29,951 nt of DNA, from assembly GCA_023140595.1 (NCBI GenBank), contig JAGLLI010000078.1:1-29951 (forward strand), in the 5' to 3' direction. This document shows, piece after piece, positions 9,719 to 18,412 of this stretch. The notes under the pieces were generated by a model. It was not told where the DNA came from, searched no databases, and was given only the letters and a program-made list of their open reading frames with translations. Source of the DNA: Candidatus Parcubacteria bacterium (GTDB taxonomy: Bacteria; Patescibacteriota; Patescibacteriia; Patescibacteriales; UBA12075). A program made the position numbers and the translations under genes. Each line of letters opens with the position of its first letter. The first letter of the stretch is position 1.

Positions 9719-10048
9719 ATGCTGCCTGAAAAATGGGAAAATGTTGTTGGAAACATTAAAGACAATTTTACAATCAATGATGAAGGCAAACTTCATATTG
9801 ACGAAGAAGGAGGGGCGGACATTGAATTTATAGAATTTGAGGGTCCGTTGGGTTTGATGAGGCTTGAATTTATTTCAAGACCTGTCGTTCTTGATAAAAA
9901 AACGATTTATTCAAGACGGATAGGCTCTGACACAAAGGTTGATTATGTTTACAGTGAAACAGAAAAAAGCCATAAATTAATTATTTACAAATGGGATGGC
10001 AATGAAAATGACTGGCTGGAAGTTGACGATAAAAATCTTGAATTTTAA
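9719..10048 (+). CDS. Hypothetical acidic 109-aa protein
   Basis: The ORF sits directly downstream of pilT in the same orientation. I recognise no motif. Confidence 0.45.
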   Translation: MLPEKWENVVGNIKDNFTINDEGKLHIDEEGGADIEFIEFEGPLGLMRLEFISRPVVLDKKTIYSRRIGSDTKVDYVYSETEKSHKLIIYKWDGNENDWLEVDDKNLEF

Positions 10049-10061
10049 TTTAATTAATCTT

Positions 10062-10823
10062 ATGCGCTTTAATCGCTATTTGCCGCTGGCAACTCCGTTT
10101 TTATCTTTAATATTTTTAGAATTTTACAGTTTTAACGCGAACGTAATTTATATTATGCTGGCATTTTTGTTTTTGCTGTTTTTTTTTACAATCAGGCAGT
10201 TTATCGTTGAAAGCAAAAAAAATGAAAACGTTTGGAATTATTGTTTATTGCCTTTTTTATTTTTATCAAGCGGAGTAATGTTCAGCACTTTAATGCCTTA
10301 TGGGTATTTGGTTCAGATTTTGATAATAATAATTTTTTTATTTTTAAATTTTTATTTTCGTTCCGTATATGAATTTTTATTAAAGCCAAGTTATTACAAA
10401 AAAAACGCGCTGGAAAATTTTTCTTCTTATGGAAATTTTTTAACGTTATATTTTTTCGCGTCAGCTATTTACGGTTTTCAGTCCTTTCTGGGAATTGACG
10501 TTTGGAGCATAATGCTTTTTTTACTTTTGATTATAACTTTAATTGTTTATCAGGTTTTTTGGGCAAATAAAATTTTGACTAAGGCAAGTTTATTGTATAT
10601 AATAATTTTACCCTTAGTATATATTGAATTGGCTTGGTCAATTTCTTTTTTAAGTTTAAGTTTCTATATTTTAGGTTTGATTTTAGCTGTCGCGTATTAC
10701 ATCGGAATAGGCATAGTAAGGTTTTATTTAATTGGAAAATTAGACGCTCAAATTATTAAAATGTATTTGATTTTTGGGTTTTTAAGCATATTCGCGGTAA
10801 TTTTTACCGCCAGGTGGATATAA
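10062..10823 (+). CDS. Polytopic integral membrane protein (about 8 TM), function unknown
   Basis: The track ORF 9996..10823 overlaps the preceding gene. ATG 10062 (MRFNRYL...) follows its stop and is the more likely start. The sequence is almost entirely hydrophobic, Phe/Leu/Ile-rich helices. Confidence 0.55.
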   Translation: MRFNRYLPLATPFLSLIFLEFYSFNANVIYIMLAFLFLLFFFTIRQFIVESKKNENVWNYCLLPFLFLSSGVMFSTLMPYGYLVQILIIIIFLFLNFYFRSVYEFLLKPSYYKKNALENFSSYGNFLTLYFFASAIYGFQSFLGIDVWSIMLFLLLIITLIVYQVFWANKILTKASLLYIIILPLVYIELAWSISFLSLSFYILGLILAVAYYIGIGIVRFYLIGKLDAQIIKMYLIFGFLSIFAVIFTARWI

Positions 10824-10827
10824 ATTT

Positions 10828-11997
10828 ATGGAAAAAACTAATAATAAAATAATTTTAATTGTTGTATTGGCAACAATATTCGGAATGTTAAGCGGTCTTG
10901 TGGGGACGGTTGTTGCTCGTGTTTATGTTTTGGAAAAAGCGTTTAATGTCCCGCTTATGGGTGAGATAAATTTGTCAGGCAATTATTTCGGACAGCAAGG
11001 ATTGGTTATAAGAGGAGCAAAAAAAGTTATTGTTGAACAAAATACCAAGGTGCTGGAAACAATAAATTCCGCTGATAACAGTATTGTGGCTATTTTTGAA
11101 AAAAAGCAAAGTATAGACGAAAAACAAGACAATAACATAAAAAATATTATTGAATCGGCTTATAATTTAAAAGATGAAGCCGGGCAAGGCCTGGTTATTA
11201 CCAGCGATGGCTGGATTATTTCAAGTTATGCCCCGAAAGCATATAGCAACGACATTGCCACAAAAACAAAAGAGAGCATAATTTCAGATTACGTAATTAT
11301 TGATAATAATAAAGAAATATATTCAATAGAAAAAATTATACTGGACACGGTTACCGGTCATTCTTTTTGGAAGATACAAGCCAATGATCTGCCTGTTAAA
11401 GTTTTTGTTGAAGCGAAAAATATTCATAACGGTCAGATGGTTTTGGCGGTTAATTGGAATGGAAGTTCTTTTTTATCAATAATTGTTGAAAAAAATAAGG
11501 ATGATAAGAAATTATACAAGACAAGCGATAATTTTTTTAATAAAATTAAACTTGCGGATGATTTTGGCAGAGATTTTTACGGTTCTTTTGTTTTTAATCT
11601 TAATAGCGATTTAATAGCTTTAATCGGAAGCAAAGGCGAAATTAAATTAATAAGCGATTTCGCGCCTTGCATAGATTGTTTATTGGGCGATGAAAAAATA
11701 AAATATCCGGAATTGGGAATAAATTATCTTGATTTATCGGATTTTGTATTTAGCGACGGCGATATTGATAAAGGAGTCTTGATTTATGCCGATGAAACCG
11801 GAACGGCTGTTAAGAAAGGAAGTTTGGCGGAAAAGGCGGGACTTGAAACTGGCGATATAATTTTATCAATTAACAATATTTTACTTGATGAAACAAATAA
11901 ATTGGAGAATATTTTTAAAAGTTTTTCAGTAAAAGACGAAATATTAATTAAATATTTGCGAGACAATAAAGAGTTTGAGATAGAAATTATTTTATAG
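10828..11997 (+). CDS. Membrane-anchored HtrA/DegP-like trypsin-fold protein with C-terminal PDZ domain; catalytic residues replaced (predicted pseudo-protease)
   Basis: It has an N-terminal TM helix (IILIVVLATIFGMLSGLVGTVV). GQGLVITSDGWIISSY aligns with HtrA GSGVII..GYVVTNNHVV, with the catalytic His absent. KLADDFGRDFYGSFVFNLNSDLIALIG aligns with [25 protein letters not shown], with the catalytic Ser replaced by Tyr. The C-terminal segment GVLIYADETGTAVKKGSLAEKAGLETGDIILSINN is a canonical PDZ. Confidence 0.6.
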   Translation: MEKTNNKIILIVVLATIFGMLSGLVGTVVARVYVLEKAFNVPLMGEINLSGNYFGQQGLVIRGAKKVIVEQNTKVLETINSADNSIVAIFEKKQSIDEKQDNNIKNIIESAYNLKDEAGQGLVITSDGWIISSYAPKAYSNDIATKTKESIISDYVIIDNNKEIYSIEKIILDTVTGHSFWKIQANDLPVKVFVEAKNIHNGQMVLAVNWNGSSFLSIIVEKNKDDKKLYKTSDNFFNKIKLADDFGRDFYGSFVFNLNSDLIALIGSKGEIKLISDFAPCIDCLLGDEKIKYPELGINYLDLSDFVFSDGDIDKGVLIYADETGTAVKKGSLAEKAGLETGDIILSINNILLDETNKLENIFKSFSVKDEILIKYLRDNKEFEIEIIL

Positions 11998-12003
11998 AAT
12001 TTT

Positions 12004-13824
12004 ATGAAGAATATTAGAAATTTTTGCATAATCGCGCATATTGATCATGGCAAATCAACCTTGGCCGACAGGATGCTTGAATTAACCGGCACGGTTGATA
12101 AAAGAAAAATGAAAAACCAGATTTTAGATCAAATGGACTTGGAAAGGGAAAGGGGGATTACAATTAAATTGCAGCCGGTTACCATGAAGTACGGCGATTA
12201 TACACTGAATTTAATTGATACGCCCGGACATGTTGATTTTAATTATGAAGTTTCACGGAGTTTGGCGGCTGTTGAAGGCGCGATTCTTTTGGTTGACGCT
12301 ACGCAGGGAATACAAGCGCAAACTTTGGCAAATTTATATTTGGCAATAGAGCAGGATTTAATCATAATTCCGGTTGCAAATAAAATTGATTTACCGGCCG
12401 CCAACAAAGATAAAACCGAGCGGGAAATTGTTGAACTTTTGGGATGTGAAAAGCGCGAAATTATTTATTCTTCCGGCAAAACAGGAGAAGGGGTTAAAAA
12501 TATATTAGACGCGGTTATTAAATATGTTCCATGCCCAAAAACGCAAAGCGATAAAAATTGCGTACGCGCGTTGATTTTTGATTCAAATTACGATGAATAT
12601 AAAGGCGTGGTGGCTTATGTGAGGATGGTTGACGGCTGTATTAAAAAACACGACAAAATAAAATTATTGGCTACCAACGCGGAAAACGAAGCTTTGGATG
12701 TTGGAATATTTAAGCCGAATTATCACGCGACCGGCGAGCTAAAAGCCGGGGAGATCGGTTATGTTGTTACCGGCTTCAAGAATGTCAGTGAATGCCGTGT
12801 CGGCGATACAATTACTTTGTTAAAAAGAACAGGGCAGTGCCCTGTTCCTACGAATAATAAAAATTTTTCCGAAATTAATCCGTTAAAGGGCTATGCCGAG
12901 GTTAAGCCAATGGTTTTTGCAGGAATTTTTCCAAAAGAGGGTAATGAATACAATGAACTGCGAGAGGCGGTTGATCGTTTAAAATTAAATGACGCAGCTC
13001 TGGTTTATGAGCCTGAACATTCGCACGCGTTGGGTTTTGGTTTTAGATGCGGTTTTCTTGGAATACTTCATTTGGAAATTTTTCAGGAAAGATTAAGGCG
13101 GGAATTTAATTTGGAATTAATAGTAACTCTGCCAAGCGTTGCTTATCAAGTATATTTAAAAAACGGCGAAGAATTTACTATGCGTACTCCGCAGCAGTTT
13201 CCCGAGCGCGAAAAGATTGAAAAAATTGAAGAGCCTTGGGTGTCTTTGGATGTTATTACTCCGAAAGAATATGTAGGCAATATTATGAGCTTGGCTCAGG
13301 AAAAGCGCGGTATTTACAAAAACACAGAGTATATTGACGGAACTCGCGCGATTCTGCATTACAGTATTCCCATGAGCGCGATTTTAACTGATTTTTACGA
13401 TAAAATTAAAAGCGTTAGCTCCGGGTATGCGTCAATAAATTATGAATTTTTAGATTACAGGGAAGCAAAAGTTATTAAAATGGATATTCTGGTGGCTGAA
13501 GAAAATGTTGAGGCACTATCTACGATTGTTTATGAGGATGACGCGTTCCGACGCGGAAAAGAAATTGTAAATATTTTAAAGAAAAGCATGCCCAAGCAGA
13601 TGTTTGTTTTAAAATTGCAGGCGGCAATAGGCGGAAAAGTAATAGCAGGCGAGAGAATTTCAGCTATGCGCAAAGACGTAACAGCAAAATTATACGGCGG
13701 AGATGTCAGCCGAAAAAGAAAATTATTGGAAAAGCAAAAAAAAGGCAAGAAAAAAATGATGGCAGCCGGCAAGGGAAGCGTTGATATTCCGAGTGAGACT
13801 TTTGTTAAATTGTTAAAGAAATAA
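12004..13824 (+). CDS. lepA: Translation elongation factor 4 (LepA)
   Basis: The N-terminus IRNFCIIAHIDHGKSTLADRMLELTG is the LepA/EF4 signature. G-domain motifs DTPGH and NKID are present. The 606-aa length matches LepA, including its unique C-terminal domain. Confidence 0.95.
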   Translation: MKNIRNFCIIAHIDHGKSTLADRMLELTGTVDKRKMKNQILDQMDLERERGITIKLQPVTMKYGDYTLNLIDTPGHVDFNYEVSRSLAAVEGAILLVDATQGIQAQTLANLYLAIEQDLIIIPVANKIDLPAANKDKTEREIVELLGCEKREIIYSSGKTGEGVKNILDAVIKYVPCPKTQSDKNCVRALIFDSNYDEYKGVVAYVRMVDGCIKKHDKIKLLATNAENEALDVGIFKPNYHATGELKAGEIGYVVTGFKNVSECRVGDTITLLKRTGQCPVPTNNKNFSEINPLKGYAEVKPMVFAGIFPKEGNEYNELREAVDRLKLNDAALVYEPEHSHALGFGFRCGFLGILHLEIFQERLRREFNLELIVTLPSVAYQVYLKNGEEFTMRTPQQFPEREKIEKIEEPWVSLDVITPKEYVGNIMSLAQEKRGIYKNTEYIDGTRAILHYSIPMSAILTDFYDKIKSVSSGYASINYEFLDYREAKVIKMDILVAEENVEALSTIVYEDDAFRRGKEIVNILKKSMPKQMFVLKLQAAIGGKVIAGERISAMRKDVTAKLYGGDVSRKRKLLEKQKKGKKKMMAAGKGSVDIPSETFVKLLKK

Positions 13825-13994
13825 ATAATATGAAGAAAAAAACAATCACAAAAATAGTTTGGACGATTCTTAGCGTGATGATAATTTTCACTATGGTTAT
13901 GTGGACAATCGGCGTGGCTTTTATGTAATGTCTTTAACCATGATTATTTTTTAATAATCATAATATATTAGGTAATCGTCTTAATCATACGTTC

Positions 13995-14032
13995 AAAATA
14001 AAAAAATAGGATGCCAGTTTTATTTGACATCC
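13995..14032 (-). terminator. Rho-independent terminator for minus-strand gene 14041..14259
   Basis: On the minus strand the sequence reads GGATGTCAAATAAAACTGGCATCC followed by TATTTTTTTATTTT. The hairpin is followed by a long U-tract. It lies in the convergent gap between lepA and the small membrane gene. Confidence 0.55.
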
Positions 14033-14040
14033 TAAAGTGG

Positions 14041-14259
14041 TTATGCTGGTAAGTCTAATTTTGGACTTGCGTTGCATACTATTCCGATCACAAGAATTAA
14101 TATTATTATTCCAATCGGAATAATCACATATGGTAGCGCTAGTTCAAAAAAAATACCAAGTATACTTGCGATCGCGCACGCCACAAGGAGCGTGCCAAAA
14201 ATAAGATTTTTAAAAAATTCAAAATTTTCTAATTCAAAATTTTCTAATTTTTTTGTCAT
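14041..14259 (-). CDS. Small (72 aa) membrane protein with strong SD; contains an in-frame 15-nt tandem duplication (LENFE-LENFE)
   Basis: GGAGGT lies 7 nt upstream of the ATG on the minus strand (+ strand 14264-14275). The protein is MTKKLENFELENFEFFKNLIFGTLLVACAIASILGIFFELALPYVIIPIGIIILILVIGIV, with two hydrophobic helices. It has its own terminator downstream. Confidence 0.6.
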   Translation of the reverse strand: MTKKLENFELENFEFFKNLIFGTLLVACAIASILGIFFELALPYVIIPIGIIILILVIGIVCNASPKLDLPA

Positions 14260-14343
14260 TTTGCACCTCCTTGTTTGTCATTTAATTATTTTTTAAGAAT
14301 AACGAGTTGTTTATAATAATATTGATAGCATAGTAAATAGGAT

Positions 14344-16107
14344 ATGTCAAGCAAACAAAAAAAATGGCAAATTTTGCCTAATATTAAAGAAGAAATAATT
14401 AACGAATATCCAGAATATTTGCCTTTGGTTTTGCAATTATTGCATAACCGCGGCATAACAGAAAAAGAGGAAATAAAAAACTTTTTAGAAGGGGATTATG
14501 AAAAAAATTCGCATGATCCTTTTTTATTTCAGGATATGAAGAAAGCGGTTGAGTTGACTATTAATCATATTAAAAAAAGAAATAAAATAACCGTTTACGG
14601 CGATTATGACGCTGATGGAGTAACCTCTTCCGCGATTTTGGTTGAGCTTTTTAAGCTTTTTAAAGCAGAAGTTGATGTCTATATTCCGCATCGCGTAAAA
14701 GAGGGCTATGGCGTAAACAGGCAGGCGGTTGATTTGATTGCAAAAAATAACACAAAATTAATTATTACAGTGGATACCGGTATAAGAAGCAAAAAAGAAA
14801 TCGCGGACGCGCGAGAGCTGGGAATTGATGTTATTGTGACAGATCACCATGTTCCGCCAAAGGAATTAAATGAATATCCTGAATGTTTAATTATTAATTC
14901 CGCCATTACCGCGGACAAATATCCTGATAATTTTTTGGCCGGTGTTGGCGTGGCGTTTAAATTTGCCAAGGCGCTTATTGACAGCTCAAAACTTTCAAAA
15001 AAAGATAAACAAGATTTAAGTTATCGGTTCCTAGATTTAGTTGCAATCGGCACGGTTGCTGATTGCGTGAAATTAACCGGAGAAAATAGAATTTTGGTTA
15101 AAAAAGGCTTGGAAGTTTTAAGTAATACAAAAAGAATCGGATTAAGTTCTCTTTATGAAATAGCAAAAATAAACAATAACAATAAAATTGACACTTGGAA
15201 TATCGGTTTTCAAATCGGCCCAAGGCTAAACGCGGCCGGACGGCTTGACCATGCTAATACGGCTTATCAGTTGTTAATTACCAAAGATTCAGACGAGGCA
15301 AAAAAATTAGCGCAAGAATTAAATAATAGCAATCAAGAAAGACAACAAATTACCGAAGAAATATTTTTGGAAGTGGAAGAACAAATTAATGTTAAAGATG
15401 ATAATATTTTAATCGGAGTTTATAATTTAGAGAATAATAAATCAGAAAAAGAAACAGCATGGAATGAGGGCGTAGTCGGTTTGGTTGCGGGGAAAATAGT
15501 TAATAAATATTTTCGCCCGTCTTTGGTTATTACCAAAACAAAAAACGGATACAAAGGTTCCGGCAGAAGCATTCCATGTTTTAATTTAATTAAAGCGATT
15601 GAGCAATGCGCCGATTTTTTAGATAAATACGGCGGACATCCCCAGGCTTGCGGTTTTAGTTTTTCTGAAGAAAATTTAGATAATTTTGTAAATAAAATTA
15701 AAGACATTGCCAAAAAAGAAATTATACAGGATATGATGCGGCCGATAATTAAGATTGACGCGATTTTGAATTTTGAAGAAATAAACGAAGATTTATATGA
15801 AAAAATAAGCGCGCTCGCGCCTTACGGACAAGGCAATGAACGCCCGGTTTTTTTAAGCGAGAGTATAAAAATATTTGATATTACAACAATGGGAATGGAA
15901 GGACAGCATATCAAATTTAAGTTAAAAAATGACAAGTCCGGTTTTATAAACGCAATCAGCTTTGGAGGCTCTGAAATATGGAAAGATTTCGCGATTGGTG
16001 ATATTATTAATATTGTGTATAATTTGGATTTGAATGTTTTTAATGGTCGCAGCGAGGTTCAGTTGAAGATGGTTGATATTAAGAAAGAAAAAAGGGAATA
16101 CTCGTGA
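14344..16107 (+). CDS. recJ: Single-stranded-DNA-specific exonuclease RecJ
   Basis: The DHH motifs are VYGDYDADGVTSSAIL, TVDTG and VTDHH. The DHHA1 motif is GGHPQACGFS. The 587-aa length fits. Confidence 0.92.
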   Translation: MSSKQKKWQILPNIKEEIINEYPEYLPLVLQLLHNRGITEKEEIKNFLEGDYEKNSHDPFLFQDMKKAVELTINHIKKRNKITVYGDYDADGVTSSAILVELFKLFKAEVDVYIPHRVKEGYGVNRQAVDLIAKNNTKLIITVDTGIRSKKEIADARELGIDVIVTDHHVPPKELNEYPECLIINSAITADKYPDNFLAGVGVAFKFAKALIDSSKLSKKDKQDLSYRFLDLVAIGTVADCVKLTGENRILVKKGLEVLSNTKRIGLSSLYEIAKINNNNKIDTWNIGFQIGPRLNAAGRLDHANTAYQLLITKDSDEAKKLAQELNNSNQERQQITEEIFLEVEEQINVKDDNILIGVYNLENNKSEKETAWNEGVVGLVAGKIVNKYFRPSLVITKTKNGYKGSGRSIPCFNLIKAIEQCADFLDKYGGHPQACGFSFSEENLDNFVNKIKDIAKKEIIQDMMRPIIKIDAILNFEEINEDLYEKISALAPYGQGNERPVFLSESIKIFDITTMGMEGQHIKFKLKNDKSGFINAISFGGSEIWKDFAIGDIINIVYNLDLNVFNGRSEVQLKMVDIKKEKREYS

Positions 16108-16135
16108 GTACTCCCTTAAAAATTAATTTTATTTA
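16090..16135 (+). terminator. Putative terminator overlapping the recJ stop codon
   Basis: GGGAATACTC-GTGA-GTACTCCC is an 8-10 bp stem with one mismatch. The stop codon lies in its loop. An A/T-rich tail (TTAAAAATTAATTTTATTT) follows. The U-tract is imperfect. Confidence 0.4.
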
Positions 16136-16146
16136 GATTTTGAATG

Positions 16147-16317
16147 TTAAAAAACACTCCAAATAAATGCTCCCGTAGCCATTAATACAATTCTGCTTAC
16201 GATTTCAGGAACAAATTTTCCATCTAAGTTGTAAATAGCATCGCCTAAAAAATCAGCAACGCTAACAATGGTTGCTAAACAAATAATAATCAGCCAAGAT
16301 GTTAAACTTTTATCCAT
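16147..16317 (-). CDS. Unlisted small ORF: 56-aa two-helix hydrophobic peptide with strong SD
   Basis: The ORF is not in the supplied track. My hand translation of the minus strand is MDKSLTSWLIIICLATIVSVADFLGDAIYNLDGKFVPEIVSRIVLMATGAFIWSVF*. AAAGGAGGG lies 5 nt upstream of the ATG. The ORF sits between the recJ terminator and rnhA. Confidence 0.5.
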   Translation of the reverse strand: MDKSLTSWLIIICLATIVSVADFLGDAIYNLDGKFVPEIVSRIVLMATGAFIWSVF

Positions 16318-16374
16318 TTTAACCCTCCTTTTGCAATGTTTTTATGTATATAAAACTTAGCATAAATTAAAATA

Positions 16375-16806
16375 ATGTCAAGTAAAACGATAAAGCATCA
16401 AAAAATTAAAATTTATACTGACGGGGGAGCGCGGGGTAATCCCGGACCGGCTGGGGTTGGGGTGGTTGTTTATGACGTGAATGATAATATTATTGATACC
16501 AAATCAGAGTATATTGGCGAAGCAACCAATAATCAGGCGGAGTACAAGGCGGTTGTCGTTGCCATGGAGTTGATTGGCAAATATGAAATTGATGAAATTA
16601 ATTTTTTTCTTGACAGTGAATTGGTTGTAAAACAATTAAACCGAGAGTATAAAGTAAAAAACAAAGGCTTGGCGCCTTTGTTTGTGAAAGTGTATAATAA
16701 TATACTTAAATATAAAAAAGTTACTTTTACGCATGTGCGCCGGGAGTTTAATAAAGAGGCGGACAAATTGGCAAATATTGCCATGGATAACGGACAAATT
16801 TTATGA
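16375..16806 (+). CDS. rnhA: Ribonuclease HI
   Basis: The N-terminus IKIYTDGGARGNPGPAGVGVVV matches the RNase H catalytic motif, with the rest of the fold following. The stop overlaps the dedA start as ATGA. Confidence 0.88.
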   Translation: MSSKTIKHQKIKIYTDGGARGNPGPAGVGVVVYDVNDNIIDTKSEYIGEATNNQAEYKAVVVAMELIGKYEIDEINFFLDSELVVKQLNREYKVKNKGLAPLFVKVYNNILKYKKVTFTHVRREFNKEADKLANIAMDNGQIL

Positions 16807-17447
16807 TGGAGCTTGTAAATTTATTACTTGAATTCAGCCAAACAATCGGCTATTTTGGCATTATTTTTTTAATGGCGATTGAAAGTTCGTTTATTCCTTT
16901 TCCATCGGAAGTGGTAATACCGCCTGCGGCTTTTTTGGCGGCGCAAGGCGAATTTAATATTTATTTAGTTGTGTTATTCGGAATTCTAGGAAGCTTGATC
17001 GGCGCGCTAGTTAATTATTATTTGGCTTTGACTTTAGGCAGAAAAGTTGTTTTTTCTTTGGCGGAAACAAAGACGGCAAAGTTATTTTTGGTTACTCCGG
17101 AAAAAATTGAGCGCGCGGAAAAATATTTTTTGCGCTATGGAAATATTTCCACATTTGTTTGCCGCTTGGTTCCCGCGGTCAGGCAATTAATTTCAATTCC
17201 TGCCGGTTTTTCAAAAATGAAAATTAGAAATTTTTTATTCTTCACGTTTTTAGGCTCATCCACATGGATAATCATTCTGGCAATCCTCGGTTATGTTTTC
17301 GGCGCCAACGAAGAGCTTATGCATTATTTTTATAAAAACATAAAAATAATTTGTATTTCTTTGTTTGTTTTAATTGTTTTGTATATTTTAATTAAAAAGA
17401 TTTTGTATAAAAAATTAATTAATAATAAATGTTACAAAAAAATATGA
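16803..17447 (+). CDS. DedA/SNARE-associated (VTT-domain) family membrane protein
   Basis: YFGIIFLMAIESSFIPFPSEVVIPPAAFLA is the DedA signature. The topology is about 4-5 TM. Confidence 0.8.
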   Translation: MMELVNLLLEFSQTIGYFGIIFLMAIESSFIPFPSEVVIPPAAFLAAQGEFNIYLVVLFGILGSLIGALVNYYLALTLGRKVVFSLAETKTAKLFLVTPEKIERAEKYFLRYGNISTFVCRLVPAVRQLISIPAGFSKMKIRNFLFFTFLGSSTWIIILAILGYVFGANEELMHYFYKNIKIICISLFVLIVLYILIKKILYKKLINNKCYKKI

Positions 17448-17770
17448 ACATAGAAAAAAATTTTAACAATTCTCCTCTAAAATTCGCTGATATTTTAGAT
17501 GATAATGAAAAAGTTAAAAAAAGTCTGGAAAATATTGACGGTCTTTACGAGTTGCTTAGCAAGACAGTTTATGAAGTTGTGCACGGAAAACTTCTTGAGG
17601 AAGAATCATCATCGCGTATTAAAAAAATAGCAAGAGACATGGTCAATGATAAAGAGGTTAAAGAAGCGGTAATGGCCTTTTTAAGCGAGGGTGGTAAAGG
17701 TTATCGTCTTTATGAGAAGGGCGCGGTTATAATCAAAAAAGACTTAGAAAAAGAGCTTAAAAACATTTAA
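17444..17770 (+). CDS. Hypothetical 108-aa charged protein (translationally coupled to dedA via ATGA)
   Basis: The track ORF starts at 17429. ATG 17444 overlaps the dedA stop as ATGA and is the likelier start. No motif recognised. Confidence 0.45.
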   Translation: MNIEKNFNNSPLKFADILDDNEKVKKSLENIDGLYELLSKTVYEVVHGKLLEEESSSRIKKIARDMVNDKEVKEAVMAFLSEGGKGYRLYEKGAVIIKKDLEKELKNI

Positions 17771-17798
17771 AGGAAAAAATAAATTGCCAAAATTGTAA

Positions 17799-18278
17799 TT
17801 AATCGCGTAATTTCTGTGTTTTAATATTCTTTGCTTTTTCAATAAATAAAATTCCATCCAAGTGGTCAATTTCATGCTGAAAGACTCTTGCCATTAAGCC
17901 TTTTGGGCTTATTCTTATTTCTTTTCCGTTCCTGTCGGTATAAATACAAGTTATTTTTGAATGTCTTTTTACTTTGCCAAAAACATTAGGCACTGACAAA
18001 CAGCCTTCTTCTCCCCATTCTTTTGACCATGATTTTTTAATTATTCGCGGATTAATTATATAAAGCGATTCTTGTTTGGAATTTATTACTGACAAGCAAA
18101 TATTTTTGCCGATTTGCGGCGCGGCCAAACCAATTCCGTCTTTTTTTATCATGGTTTCAAACATATCATCGCATAAAGTTTGAAATTCTTTTGATTTGAT
18201 AACTTCTTGTGAAATTTTTTGCGATTTTTTTTTCAAAATATCGTTTGGATGGGTTATTATTTTAAGTAATTTTGGCAT
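17799..18278 (-). CDS. def: Peptide deformylase
   Basis: The three deformylase motifs are GIGLAAPQIG, EGCLSVP and HEIDHLDG. Length is 159 aa. Confidence 0.93.
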   Translation of the reverse strand: MPKLLKIITHPNDILKKKSQKISQEVIKSKEFQTLCDDMFETMIKKDGIGLAAPQIGKNICLSVINSKQESLYIINPRIIKKSWSKEWGEEGCLSVPNVFGKVKRHSKITCIYTDRNGKEIRISPKGLMARVFQHEIDHLDGILFIEKAKNIKTQKLRD

Positions 18279-18412
18279 ATAAATTTTAATTGATTTACAA
18301 GTATATTTTACAGTTTATTGCGTCTTTAGTCAATTTAAAAAAATTTATTTAAAAACTCTTTTTAAAACTGCGTATTACTGGTATAATATAATTATATTAT
18401 TCAATATAAAAA

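Noticed and set aside
14072-14296. 74-aa + strand ORF overlapping the small membrane-protein gene
   Set aside because: It is antisense to the minus-strand ORF that has a strong GGAGGT SD and a terminator. The + ORF has no RBS and spans the other gene's SD/start region.
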